DNA of 62,526 nucleotides, the filler included. It is 4 parts of 4 records of this genome, joined end to end, with 100 filler letters (N's around TTAATTAATTAA, not from the genome) between each part and the next. Parts side by side here need not be neighbours in the genome. Positions count along the whole stretch, not along the records: positions 1 to 26,173 come from SRR2962707_3369; 3 more parts are not named here. One strand, written 5' to 3'. The translations under genes and the position numbers were made by a program. Below are positions 8,911 through 18,702 of this stretch, piece after piece (the stretch's first letter is position 1; the number at the start of each line of letters is the position of its first letter). The notes beneath the pieces are model-generated. The model was not told the DNA's origin. It searched no databases and worked only from the letters and a program-made list of their open reading frames with translations.

Positions 8911-10443
8911 TTAATGTTTAAAATGACGTGTTCCTGTAAACACCATTGCAACATTATTTTCATTACAATAATCAATACTTAATTGATCTTTTATGGAACC
9001 TCCTGGCTGAATTACACTTGTAATTCCTGCCTTATCTGCAATTTCTACACAATCTGGAAATGGGAAGAAAGCATCACTAGCCATTGCAGCTCCATTAAGG
9101 TCGAAACTAAAAGATTTTGCTTTCTCAATAGCCTGCCTTAAAGCATCCACTCTACTTGTTTGCCCTGTACCACTTGCACAAAGTTGTAAGTTCTTAGCAA
9201 AAACAATTGTATTAGATTTTGTATGCTTACAAATTTTAGAAGCAAACAATAAATCCTTTAACTCACTTTCGGTAGGTTTATTGTTAGTCTCATAAGTAAT
9301 ATCTTCTAAAACATCTGTTTTAAGGTCTTTTTCCTGAACCAAAACTCCATTCAGACAAGAACGAACAGTTGTTTTAGGAAGTTCTATATCTTTTTGAACT
9401 AAAAGGATTCTATTCTTTTTCCCCTTTAAAACCTCTAAAGCCTGCGCAGAATATGAAGGCGCAATTACTACTTCACAAAATAAAGAATGAATCTCCTCAG
9501 CAGTTTCTGCATCAATTTCTGTATTTGAAATTAAAATACCTCCAAAAGCAGAAACAGGATCTCCAGCCAACGCATCTACATATGCCTCCTTTATAGTTGC
9601 TCTAGTTGCAACCCCACACGCATTATTGTGTTTTAAAATAGCAAATGTCGGATCATCATTTTTAAACTCTCCCATTAAGTTTACGGCAGCATCCACATCT
9701 AGTAAATTATTATAGGAAAGCTCTTTTCCATGAAGTTTATCAAACATCTCGTCCATATTTCCGTAAAAATATCCTTTTTGATGTGGATTCTCTCCATAAC
9801 GTAATGTTTGGCCATTAGATTCGCTTACTTTATAAGCCTCTAATTCTTCTGTCTGATTGAAGTAATTAAAGATTGCGCTATCATAATGCGAAGAAACATT
9901 GAAAGCTTTAGCTGCAAAACGTTTTCTATTCTCAATAGAAGTTTGTCCATTTTGCGTTGTTATAATATCCAAAAATTCTGCATAATCTTCCATAGAAGAA
10001 ACGCAAATAACATCTTTGAAATTTTTAGCAGCAGCTCTAATTAAAGAAATTCCTCCTATATCAATTTTTTCAATAATATCTTGCTCGCTTGCTCCACTAG
10101 CTACCGTTTTTTCAAACGGATATAAATCTACAATAACAATGTCAAGCTGTGGAATTTCATATTGCGCTAATTCTGCAACATCTCCATCATGATCTTGTCT
10201 GTTTAAAATTCCACCAAAAACTTTTGGATGCAATGTTTTAACACGCCCTCCTAAAATTGAAGGATAGCTAGTAACATCTTCCACAGGGATCACGTTTATA
10301 CCCAGATCTTTTATAAATTTCTCGGTTCCTCCAGTAGAGTAAATTGTTACTCCTTGCTCATCTAATTTCTTTACAATTGGTTCTAATCCGTCTTTACTGA
10401 AAACAGAAATTAAAGCCGATTTGGCTTGCTTCAAATTATTCAT
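8911..10443 (-). CDS. purH: Bifunctional AICAR transformylase/IMP cyclohydrolase
   Basis: GGRVKTLHP, IDIGGISLIRAAAKN, LRYGENPHQ, ASDAFFPF and C-terminal RHFKH. Confidence 0.98.
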   Translation of the reverse strand: MNNLKQAKSALISVFSKDGLEPIVKKLDEQGVTIYSTGGTEKFIKDLGINVIPVEDVTSYPSILGGRVKTLHPKVFGGILNRQDHDGDVAELAQYEIPQLDIVIVDLYPFEKTVASGASEQDIIEKIDIGGISLIRAAAKNFKDVICVSSMEDYAEFLDIITTQNGQTSIENRKRFAAKAFNVSSHYDSAIFNYFNQTEELEAYKVSESNGQTLRYGENPHQKGYFYGNMDEMFDKLHGKELSYNNLLDVDAAVNLMGEFKNDDPTFAILKHNNACGVATRATIKEAYVDALAGDPVSAFGGILISNTEIDAETAEEIHSLFCEVVIAPSYSAQALEVLKGKKNRILLVQKDIELPKTTVRSCLNGVLVQEKDLKTDVLEDITYETNNKPTESELKDLLFASKICKHTKSNTIVFAKNLQLCASGTGQTSRVDALRQAIEKAKSFSFDLNGAAMASDAFFPFPDCVEIADKAGITSVIQPGGSIKDQLSIDYCNENNVAMVFTGTRHFKH

Positions 10444-10469
10444 TGTTATTGTGTTGTTTTTGGATTGTG

Positions 10470-10477
10470 CAAAAGTA
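10470..10477 (-). promoter_or_regulatory. Bacteroidota -7 promoter element TACTTTTG upstream of purH
   Basis: Matches the TAnnTTTG consensus, about 27 bp before the ATG. Confidence 0.55.
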
Positions 10478-10553
10478 ATTTATTTGCATTAAATAGTTGT
10501 GCTGTATAAAAGAAAAAAACAGCATTAAAGCTGTTTTTAGATTATTATATGCT

Positions 10554-11012
10554 TTATTTTAGAATTGAAGCTACTTGGCTATTTACAAATTCCAAAAATT
10601 CTTCATCGTCTTTAGAAAATGGATCTGCAGTATGCGAATCAATATCTATTTGTCCAATATTTTCCCCGTTTACAAAAAGTGGAATTACAATTTCAGCTTT
10701 TACAAAAATGCTACATGCAATATAATTGTTTTGCGCTTTTACATCGGGTACTACAAAATTGCTATTGGAAACAGCCACTTGGCCGCAAATTCCTTTTCCA
10801 AAAGGGATAATAGTATGATCTGATGGCTCTCCAGCAAACGAACGTAACTTTAATTCTTCTTTATTTCCATTTCTGAAATAAAAACCAACCCAATCATAAT
10901 ATGGAACATTCTCTTGCAGAAGCTCGCAAATACCTGTTAATCTATCATCAACTGAGGCATCTTCCCTCTTGATTATATTGTTTACTTCAGATTTTAAATC
11001 TTCAAATGTCAT
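10554..11012 (-). CDS. GAF-domain protein, free methionine-R-sulfoxide reductase (MsrC-like)
   Basis: DWVGFY, IPFGKGICG, YIACS and IDIDS motifs. A TAnnTTTG element at 11028-11035 overlaps the ORF-track TTG, so the ATG at 11012 is preferred. Confidence 0.85.
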   Translation of the reverse strand: MTFEDLKSEVNNIIKREDASVDDRLTGICELLQENVPYYDWVGFYFRNGNKEELKLRSFAGEPSDHTIIPFGKGICGQVAVSNSNFVVPDVKAQNNYIACSIFVKAEIVIPLFVNGENIGQIDIDSHTADPFSKDDEEFLEFVNSQVASILK

Positions 11013-11186
11013 CTTAAAAAATTTTGACAAAGGTATAATAAAGTTTAATGTTTATAAAGTTTGTATTCTGAAAAGAAGAATATCATTTCACTGTAAAAAC
11101 GAAGACTCCTCCCCCCCATTTAACAAGAAAATTTTTACTTTAGAAATTATTTCTTACCTTAGGAATAAACTTAAAAATAAAAGAAA

Positions 11187-11396
11187 ATGAAAAAAATAAT
11201 ATTAAGTGCATCTATGTTATTGATAGCAGGAGGTGCTTTTGTATCGTGTAAAGAAACAACAAAGGAAAAAGAAGTTATTATAAAAGAAGAACCTGCCGCA
11301 GAAGAAGACCAAGGTGTTCTTGAGCGCGTTGGCGAAAAGGTAGACGATAAAGTTGACGAAGAAGTAGATGAAACTATTGATAAGATAGGAGACTAA
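11187..11396 (+). CDS. Small acidic lipoprotein
   Basis: MKK + hydrophobic stretch + lipobox FVSC. Confidence 0.8.
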   Translation: MKKIILSASMLLIAGGAFVSCKETTKEKEVIIKEEPAAEEDQGVLERVGEKVDDKVDEEVDETIDKIGD

Positions 11397-11463
11397 TTTC
11401 AATCAAAATAGCACCTTAGTAAAAAACAATTAGCTTACATATTAGTAGTTTTTTTGCTAAGCC

Positions 11464-11660
11464 AAAAGGGGCTGTTTAAGCAGTAATTGTCGTTGTCGAA
11501 CTGAGCTTGTCGTTGTCAACTGAGCTTGTCGAAGTTTCGAACATCTCAACTCAAAATGTCATCCTTCGACAAGCTCAGGAGGACATCTCGACCAAGAAGA
11601 CATTTCGACAAGCTCAGGAGGACATTTTGAGTTTTGGGCACTTTTTAAACAGCTTCTTTT
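11464..11660. repeat. Composite REP/MITE-like palindromic element between convergent genes
   Basis: Outer IR GGCTGTTTAA...TTAAACAGCT. Inner CTGAGCTTGTCG x2, inverse TTCGACAAGCTCAGGAGGACAT x2, and IR AACTCAAAATGTC...GACATTTTGAGTT. Confidence 0.7.
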
Positions 11661-11664
11661 TAAC

Positions 11665-12540
11665 TTACCCTCTAGGCATTTCAATATAAGAATCGTCATT
11701 ACTCACCTCTGGAAACTCTCTATTAATCCATCGCTCCTTAGCCTTTTCTATGGTCTCTTTTTCTGAAGCTACAAAATTCCAAAAAATATGTTTCTCTTCA
11801 GGAAAAGCTTCTCCTCCAAATAAGAGCAAATGTGTATGCTCGGCAACTTCTACTTTACAAACATCTTCCGTTTTAGAAACAATCATATTTCCTTCATCAA
11901 TTTTTTCATCACAAGCCTGAATACTTCCCTTTACAATACAAATTCCAATCTCTCCTTTTACTTGATCTACAACCTCTAAATTAGTTTTACCTGTGGTCTT
12001 TATTTCAACCATAAACAAAGGAGAATGAACTGGAACAGGCGATTTCTTTCCAAAAGCCTCCCCAGCAATTAATGTATAATTAGCTCCTTCTTTTTCCCAT
12101 TTCGGCAATTGCTTCTTTTCAATATGATGAAATTCGGGTTCCATTGCTTCTAATTCTTCAGGTAATGCTACCCATATTTGAAAACCATGAGTTGTAAACG
12201 CTTCGCCATTTCTTAAAAGCTCTGGCGTACGTTCGGTATGCACAGCGCCCTTTCCAGCTGTCATCCAATTAACAGATCCTGGGGTAATTACTTGATCACT
12301 CCCAACACTATCTCGGTGCCTAATTTCTCCTTCAAATAAATACGTAAGCGTGGAAATTCCAATATGTGGATGCTGACCAATATCCATATAATTACCAGGT
12401 TTTATAGTTGTTGGCCCCATATGGTCTATAAATATAAAAGGACCTACCATTCTTTTTTTTCTGAAGGGAAGTAATCTTCCCACTAAAAAATCTCCAATAT
12501 CTCGAGCACGCTCTTCTATAATTAAACCTTTGTTTGACAT
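11665..12540 (-). CDS. Pirin family protein
   Basis: GPFIFIDH, HPHIG, VNWMTAGKGAVHTE and WNFV motifs. Confidence 0.95.
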   Translation of the reverse strand: MSNKGLIIEERARDIGDFLVGRLLPFRKKRMVGPFIFIDHMGPTTIKPGNYMDIGQHPHIGISTLTYLFEGEIRHRDSVGSDQVITPGSVNWMTAGKGAVHTERTPELLRNGEAFTTHGFQIWVALPEELEAMEPEFHHIEKKQLPKWEKEGANYTLIAGEAFGKKSPVPVHSPLFMVEIKTTGKTNLEVVDQVKGEIGICIVKGSIQACDEKIDEGNMIVSKTEDVCKVEVAEHTHLLLFGGEAFPEEKHIFWNFVASEKETIEKAKERWINREFPEVSNDDSYIEMPRG

Positions 12541-12601
12541 ATTTTTTCTTTTTTATAAAGATAGCTATACAAGAGAAACTATTTTAAAATAATACCCTAA
12601 T

Positions 12602-12640
12602 AAAAAAGTCGCCTAAAAAATTAATTTTTAGACGACTCTT
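12602..12640 (-). terminator. Hairpin downstream of gldN
   Basis: AGTCGCCTAAAAA...TTTTTAGACGACT imperfect IR with a U-tract on the minus strand. Confidence 0.55.
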
Positions 12641-12677
12641 AAATGTTATTTTGTATTGAATTGGTAGCTATTTAATT

Positions 12678-13568
12678 TTAATAACTCCACATATCTTGTT
12701 CCTTATCTCTTATTTTCTCTTCTAAACGTTGAGATTCTAACAATTGAAACATGGCATTATCTGGGATATAATCTTTAATAGATCTATCTCCTTGCACATT
12801 TTCTTCTTTGTATATAACAGCGTTAAAACGTCTGGCATTTAACAATTGATCGAAAGAAATTGGTCTTGAAGAATTTTTATTATTAAAGGCTTTTGCTTCG
12901 TGTAAAATATCTCTTGAACTTGGAAACCAAACCCAGAATAACTCTACTAAATCTGATTGCTCACTGTCAATAAAATTCACATCTGGAGCAACAGGCGCTA
13001 GCCCTAGCAAACGATATTTTAATTCTCCTTGACGCTTATCAAAGTACCAAACTCCTTTAATACGCCATTCTTGAATATCGGCAGCTGTAAGCTCTCTTCG
13101 GTTTATATACTCTAAAGAAACTTGCTCTCCAGCATTTAGTTGTTCATATCCAAGATCTGTAGTATCCACTTTTTGCAAAGTAGCTTCTAAATCTCCAAAT
13201 TTTCTTTTTTCGGTAAAATACGAATCAACATAAATATCCTTTAAATTTCCATTTTTGATATTTTTAATGATGACATCGTATAAAGATCTACGCTCGCTTC
13301 CTATATCTACAGTATCTATTGGATAATAATATGGGAAGTTAATACGCTCATCTAAATCGATTCGCTCCCACACAGTTTTAGACCAAAGAATATCTCTATC
13401 GTCTACATAACCGTATGGCAAAGGCTCATCGTTATCGGCCTCTATCTGATCCACCGTTTTTACACCAACTTCTTCTGGAAACTCTGCATTTAATAGGTTT
13501 GCTTGCGCAAAACTACTTGCAGACACAAGAACAGTTGTTATAGTTAATACAATACCTTTCCAATTCAT
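12678..13568 (-). CDS. gldN: Gliding motility/T9SS protein GldN
   Basis: DILWSKTVWERIDL, KGVWYFDKRQGELKYRLLG, ELFWVWFP; last gene of gldKLMN. Confidence 0.95.
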   Translation of the reverse strand: MNWKGIVLTITTVLVSASSFAQANLLNAEFPEEVGVKTVDQIEADNDEPLPYGYVDDRDILWSKTVWERIDLDERINFPYYYPIDTVDIGSERRSLYDVIIKNIKNGNLKDIYVDSYFTEKRKFGDLEATLQKVDTTDLGYEQLNAGEQVSLEYINRRELTAADIQEWRIKGVWYFDKRQGELKYRLLGLAPVAPDVNFIDSEQSDLVELFWVWFPSSRDILHEAKAFNNKNSSRPISFDQLLNARRFNAVIYKEENVQGDRSIKDYIPDNAMFQLLESQRLEEKIRDKEQDMWSY

Positions 13569-13583
13569 AACATCAATAATTTA

Positions 13584-15185
13584 TTAATTTGTTAGCTCAA
13601 CAACAACAGGCGATACTTTTTTAAGTTTGTAAGATCTGTTATTAGTTATATAAGCCTCAATATCAAAAATCTGAACTGCCTCTCCTCTACCTGCTCTTTT
13701 AAGTGCAGATTTAGCTCGGCTATCTAATTTGTTTCCTCTAACCTCAACAGTTGGCTGACCAGGTACTTTAAATTTAAAGCCACTAATAGCTAAGTTTAAA
13801 TCGAAGTCAAAGTCTTCTAACATCGCTCCTACAGTAGAGATTTCAAGGTTATTTCTTGGCATTTTAATTTCGCCATATTCACCTCTTACCGTTCCTGAAG
13901 GACGTGGAATATCTTTAATTCTGAATTCTGAAGTTGAAGAAACTCCTTGACCGTCTGGAAGTGTTCCACTTGCCTTAATCACAACAGTTCTTCCTGTCCC
14001 AGGATTCATTGCATACTTACTTCCAGAAACTTTTTTAAGTCCGGCCGCAGATGCACTTACTTTATTATCTGGAATACCAGGAATAGAAATTGTAATAGGA
14101 TTAGAAACTCCACGGTACACCACATTCATTTTATCTGCTGAAATTACTGCCGCATTTGGCTTGGTAATAGTTGCAAATTTTTGAGAAACTGGCACTTCTA
14201 TTGGCTCTCCATCTTGTTTAAAGATTAAGTTCCCTTCAAGAGTATGATCTCCTGCTGAACCAGCACTTACTTTAAGTTTTACTCGCCCGTTTTCAATAAC
14301 GAAATCATCTCCTTCTTTAAGATCTCTTCCGTCTAACTTAAGATTTACTTCGTTAGGCTTAGTACTTCCATCTTTTCTCCCTAAAACAATTGCTCCATCA
14401 AAAGTTTCTCCTTGATAGTAAGCAGATTTAGGCTGCTCTAACAACGTAGTATAATTGGTCATTGAAAGATCGGAAGCCATTTGCCCTTGCAACATCGCTT
14501 TTAAAATCTCATCTTGAGTAGTTTTAATATCCGACTGTAATAAAGTAACCTTTGTTAAAGAGGCTACTAAAGGAAATCCTTCGTAATGATAGTTTAACCA
14601 ATCGATCTTTTTACCATCTCTATTTTCCGCTTTTCCATTTTCATCTCCTGTAGTAAAACGAGTTTCGATAGAAGATTTCAAAGCCGATTTCTGAGCAGGT
14701 TTCATTAAAGAATCTGGAATCTCAGTAATCGTTTCTATAGAGCTCTCTCTAAAGTTGTTAATATAATTTACAAATTTTTGTCCTTCCGCAGAATAACGAT
14801 CCCCTTGAAAGAAAGCCTGATCTAGGTAATCCGACTTATCCATTACTTCATAATCTTGAAGATCTTCTTGTGGAATTTTAGAAACCATCTGTCCTTTTAA
14901 GCTATCTAAATAACTATTAAACTTCATTGATGTTTCTTTTATTTCTTCTACATCTCTAAAAAGAGCTTCGTATTTTTCTGGCTGTTCTGTAGATTTTAAT
15001 TTCAAATCGTTAAACGCTGCCAAGTTACGTTCTGTAGCTTTTTCATTAAAGTTTGTAAGCTTTTCGTTTAATAATCCAAAAGCCGACAATACTTCTTTAC
15101 TCATATTCAACGCCAACATTGCAATGAAAACCAAATACATTAGGTTAATCATCTTTTGACGTGGTGATAAATTTCCTCCTGCCAT
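13584..15185 (-). CDS. gldM: Gliding motility/T9SS motor protein GldM
   Basis: MAGGNLSPRQKMINLMYLVFIAMLALNMSKEVL and ADKMNVVYRGVSNP. Confidence 0.97.
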   Translation of the reverse strand: MAGGNLSPRQKMINLMYLVFIAMLALNMSKEVLSAFGLLNEKLTNFNEKATERNLAAFNDLKLKSTEQPEKYEALFRDVEEIKETSMKFNSYLDSLKGQMVSKIPQEDLQDYEVMDKSDYLDQAFFQGDRYSAEGQKFVNYINNFRESSIETITEIPDSLMKPAQKSALKSSIETRFTTGDENGKAENRDGKKIDWLNYHYEGFPLVASLTKVTLLQSDIKTTQDEILKAMLQGQMASDLSMTNYTTLLEQPKSAYYQGETFDGAIVLGRKDGSTKPNEVNLKLDGRDLKEGDDFVIENGRVKLKVSAGSAGDHTLEGNLIFKQDGEPIEVPVSQKFATITKPNAAVISADKMNVVYRGVSNPITISIPGIPDNKVSASAAGLKKVSGSKYAMNPGTGRTVVIKASGTLPDGQGVSSTSEFRIKDIPRPSGTVRGEYGEIKMPRNNLEISTVGAMLEDFDFDLNLAISGFKFKVPGQPTVEVRGNKLDSRAKSALKRAGRGEAVQIFDIEAYITNNRSYKLKKVSPVVVELTN

Positions 15186-15230
15186 TTCTTAATTAGTTTT
15201 AATGTTAATTATTTATTCAATAAAACTGAA

Positions 15231-15887
15231 TTAATTAGCTGGTCTGTTCATAGCAGAAAGCATTCCACCATATACACCATTTAAAGAAGACAAATTATTT
15301 GTTAGCGACTGCATTTGGTCTTTTAATTTTCCAGCGTTTGCAGCAACTTCTTCTTGAATTGTTGCTTGCTTATTAGCACTTTCCAATTGCACTTTATAAA
15401 GGCTATTTAAAGATTCCATTTGTACAGCAGCTAAAGAAAGCTCTTCACTATATTTTCTAGTAGAAGTTAATGCTTCTGCTGTTGGAGAAATATTTTTTGC
15501 AGCACCTTCAAAGTTTCTGATACTATCTCCTAGGCTAGCCATTAAAGAAGAATCAATTTTAGCCTCTTTTAGCATTTCGTCAAGTTTTTTAGAAAGCTGA
15601 CCTTCTGCTTCTTTAACTTCTAATGCATCTTTTTTTCTAGAAACAGTAGCACCTCCTGCTAATTCAGGATATACTAATGTCCAATCTAAATCGTCGTCTA
15701 CAGGTTCAAAAGCAGAAATTGCAAAAATTAAAGCTTCTGTAATTAGACCAATGGCCAATAATAGCCCTCCATTAATGGGACCAAACTCCCAGTGTAAAAT
15801 CTTAAATAATGCTCCAATAATTACAACCGAAGCCCCTAGCCCGTAGGCCATGTTAAATAGTTTCTTTGATGATTTTGCTTGTGCCAT
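15231..15887 (-). CDS. gldL: Gliding motility/T9SS motor protein GldL
   Basis: YGLGASVVIIGALFKILHW, GLITEA, DWTLVYPEL and YGGMLSAM. Confidence 0.97.
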   Translation of the reverse strand: MAQAKSSKKLFNMAYGLGASVVIIGALFKILHWEFGPINGGLLLAIGLITEALIFAISAFEPVDDDLDWTLVYPELAGGATVSRKKDALEVKEAEGQLSKKLDEMLKEAKIDSSLMASLGDSIRNFEGAAKNISPTAEALTSTRKYSEELSLAAVQMESLNSLYKVQLESANKQATIQEEVAANAGKLKDQMQSLTNNLSSLNGVYGGMLSAMNRPAN

Positions 15888-15947
15888 AGTAATAAAAATT
15901 TTTAAGTTAAGTCAAGTTATTAAATAAGTAGTAATTTGGTTTAAAGT

Positions 15948-17309
15948 TTAATTCTGAGTAGCTTCAATACCCATGTAATCTTGAACTGTTCGGAAGCCAA
16001 TATAACTTCTTGCAGAATCTTGATACTCATAATCTCTAGTACTTACTTGTAAAAAGTAAGCTACGTCTTTCCAAGAACCACCTCTTATAACTTTACGCTT
16101 GTTTTCGCCATCATAAGTGTTTGGGTTCATTGTAGAAACGTACTCGTACGAATTGGGGTCGTAAGATGAATTTGTCCATTCAGAAACATTACCTGCCATA
16201 TTGTAAAGATTATAATCGTTAGGGTCATACGACTTAGCTTCCACAGTATACAAAGCTTGATCGGCTGCATAATCTCCTCGCAACGGTTTAAAGTTTGCCA
16301 TAAAGCAACCTCTGTCGTTTAAGATGTATGGCCCTCCCCAAGGATATGTTCCAGATTCAATTCCGCCTCTGGCAGCATATTCCCATTCTGCTTCTGTAGG
16401 TAATCTAAACTGATTTACAAATTGTTGATTTTTCTGTTTCTGAAAATCATTTTTATATTTTGTACGCCATGCGCAAAAAGCTTTTGCTTGTTTCCAAGAA
16501 ACTCCAACTACTGGATAGTCGCTATACGCTTCACTCCAAAAATAGTCGTTATGCATTGGCTCATTATAAGAATAACTAAAGTCTTTAATCCATACTGTAG
16601 TATCTGGATATACCAACACCTCTTCATGTCTAATAAAATCTTTACGACTTCCACCACCTTTAGCTCTGGCAGCTGCTTGGATATCCATCCAATCGTATTG
16701 AAATTTTAATTTAGTTACATCAATAGTTCTTTGTCCGTTGTAAGACTCCTCAACAGGAATATACATGGTATCCATTATTTCCGTGTAGTATTCGTCTGGG
16801 TATTCAGAAACATCCCAAATAAGATCTACATCTTTATTTAAGCGTCTCCCTTCGTATCCTGTTTCTCCCATTCCAGCATAATTAAAAAGCATATACTTTT
16901 CATATTCTGAAAGATTTGTAGTGTCTGCATCGTTAAAAGCAAACTCCCCAATTCCTCCATTTCCAGGAATTTCACCTAACTCATCAGCAAGAATTGCTAA
17001 TTTAGTACGGACAGTGGAATCTTTTACCCATTCTACAAACTGACGATACTCGCTGTTTGTTATCTCTGTTTCGTCCATATAAAATGAACGCACTGTTACG
17101 GTCTTAGTTGGAGCATTGAGAACATCGGCCATGTCTTCTTCAGACCTTCCCATTATGAAGGCTCCTCCTGGAACAAGTGACATTCCGTAGGGCTTTTCGG
17201 GATGCCATTTTTTTCCACTCACGCCAACTAATTCTCCTCTGTCATTAGAACCACAGCTGGTTAATAATAATGTAACAGATGCTAATAGAAATAGCTTTTT
17301 CATATACAT
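15948..17309 (-). CDS. gldK: Gliding motility/T9SS lipoprotein GldK
   Basis: Lipobox LTSC; FGE-sulfatase-like motifs RLPTEAEWEYAARGG, NMAGNVSEW and RGGSW. Confidence 0.97.
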   Translation of the reverse strand: MYMKKLFLLASVTLLLTSCGSNDRGELVGVSGKKWHPEKPYGMSLVPGGAFIMGRSEEDMADVLNAPTKTVTVRSFYMDETEITNSEYRQFVEWVKDSTVRTKLAILADELGEIPGNGGIGEFAFNDADTTNLSEYEKYMLFNYAGMGETGYEGRRLNKDVDLIWDVSEYPDEYYTEIMDTMYIPVEESYNGQRTIDVTKLKFQYDWMDIQAAARAKGGGSRKDFIRHEEVLVYPDTTVWIKDFSYSYNEPMHNDYFWSEAYSDYPVVGVSWKQAKAFCAWRTKYKNDFQKQKNQQFVNQFRLPTEAEWEYAARGGIESGTYPWGGPYILNDRGCFMANFKPLRGDYAADQALYTVEAKSYDPNDYNLYNMAGNVSEWTNSSYDPNSYEYVSTMNPNTYDGENKRKVIRGGSWKDVAYFLQVSTRDYEYQDSARSYIGFRTVQDYMGIEATQN

Positions 17310-17450
17310 AATTGAGGTTAAATTACATTCTTAGATTTAAGATGGTAAACCTATTTAATAAAATTCAAAAAAACAATAAACTCTTTATTTTTGTTGTAAA
17401 ACGCCGAGAAACCACAGTCAACCTAAAATATCGTGTTATTTCTACACCCG

Positions 17451-18608
17451 CTAAACTAACATTTTTTTATATGCTTTCCACCATCTTTCTGGCACTACGC
17501 CATTACTAGCTTCAAGATATTCATTGTGTGTGCATGGTAATAACGCATGTCTTTTGTATTTATTATTCAAATTTTCTATTTGTGGTACTTCTATCCACCA
17601 CCTTCCAGAAATATTACTCTCATAAAAACAAATATCCATTTCCTCCAAAGGCACTATATACTTGTTATAGTTGGTATTTGTAATGAAAGGATAGTCCTTT
17701 TTTCTAAAGTTAAAACCTTCTATAAAATACCACAAAATTTGTGCAGATAATTGTGCACATTGTAATGTTTTTCTTGTATTAAATAACCCAAATGAAGTTA
17801 CTTTATCACTTATTCCTGCATACCTAGCAATTGCACAAATCTCTCTCCCATCAAAACCATTAGGATAGCTTCCTGAGGCATATCCAAGCTCTGAAGCTTT
17901 TATGGAGGTTACATCCAAACTCACCAAATCGGTATCTCTAAATACTGGTTCTACACTAGAAACATCATTAATAACTCCCCCTAATCTATACGCATCAAAA
18001 AAGAGTTTCTCCATTAAATCAATCTCTTCTTGTGCATTAAAATAAGTTTGATATCCTACAATAGAATAATTGAATAAATTATTAGGCTGCTCCATAATAA
18101 CCTTACTCATATATGCATTGGAGGCTATTAATTCGTCGGAAGCACTAAAGTCGAATTTACTATCTACAGAGGTTAAGTTTACCATTTGCTCCATGGTATC
18201 ATACGCTCTATACATGGCATAAGTAAGATCCTGACTCCCACCAATTACAATAGGAATGATATTTTTTTTAAGAAGCGAAGTTGTTACCTCTGAAAGCGCA
18301 TAATACGTATCTTTCAAGGTTTCTCCAGGCTCGATATCTCCTAAGTCGGCAATTGAAGCATGCCAATTTCCATAAAAGAGTTTATAAAACTCAATTCTTA
18401 TAGCATTTAAATCGAGTTCCGCATAATTATCGGCTGTTTCGCTTCGGGTGTCTTTAACTCCAACTATTGCTAGCTGAATATTTTCCAAGTCAGGAAAACC
18501 ACCTTTTTCGGTATGAATATGAATTGTTTTTCCTAAAGCTTGTTTGGGCAATAATTCTTTATGCGCCAAAACTACGCTTTTAACAGGCGCTAAAAATTCA
18601 ATATTCAT
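17451..18608 (-). CDS. Arginase/formimidoylglutamase-fold protein
   Basis: IADLGDI, PIVIGGSQD and PNGFDGREIC motifs; lies between topA and gldK. Confidence 0.85.
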   Translation of the reverse strand: MNIEFLAPVKSVVLAHKELLPKQALGKTIHIHTEKGGFPDLENIQLAIVGVKDTRSETADNYAELDLNAIRIEFYKLFYGNWHASIADLGDIEPGETLKDTYYALSEVTTSLLKKNIIPIVIGGSQDLTYAMYRAYDTMEQMVNLTSVDSKFDFSASDELIASNAYMSKVIMEQPNNLFNYSIVGYQTYFNAQEEIDLMEKLFFDAYRLGGVINDVSSVEPVFRDTDLVSLDVTSIKASELGYASGSYPNGFDGREICAIARYAGISDKVTSFGLFNTRKTLQCAQLSAQILWYFIEGFNFRKKDYPFITNTNYNKYIVPLEEMDICFYESNISGRWWIEVPQIENLNNKYKRHALLPCTHNEYLEASNGVVPERWWKAYKKMLV

Positions 18609-18702
18609 ATGTTTATTTTTATTGTCTTTAAATGGTTATACGGAACATCCAAATAATAATCATTCAGCTATTTGCCTAAAATTAGACATGGATGTTTCAT
18701 AA

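Noticed and set aside
11490-11689. CRISPR array, or the 60-aa ORF 11507-11689
   Set aside because: The repeats are inverted and irregular with no unique spacers or cas genes; the ORF is translated REP sequence.
12678-17309. Idea that the gldKLMN T9SS secretes the Rhs/YD proteins
   Set aside because: They are on different contigs with different composition, and no T9SS C-terminal domain is recognisable on the toxin proteins.
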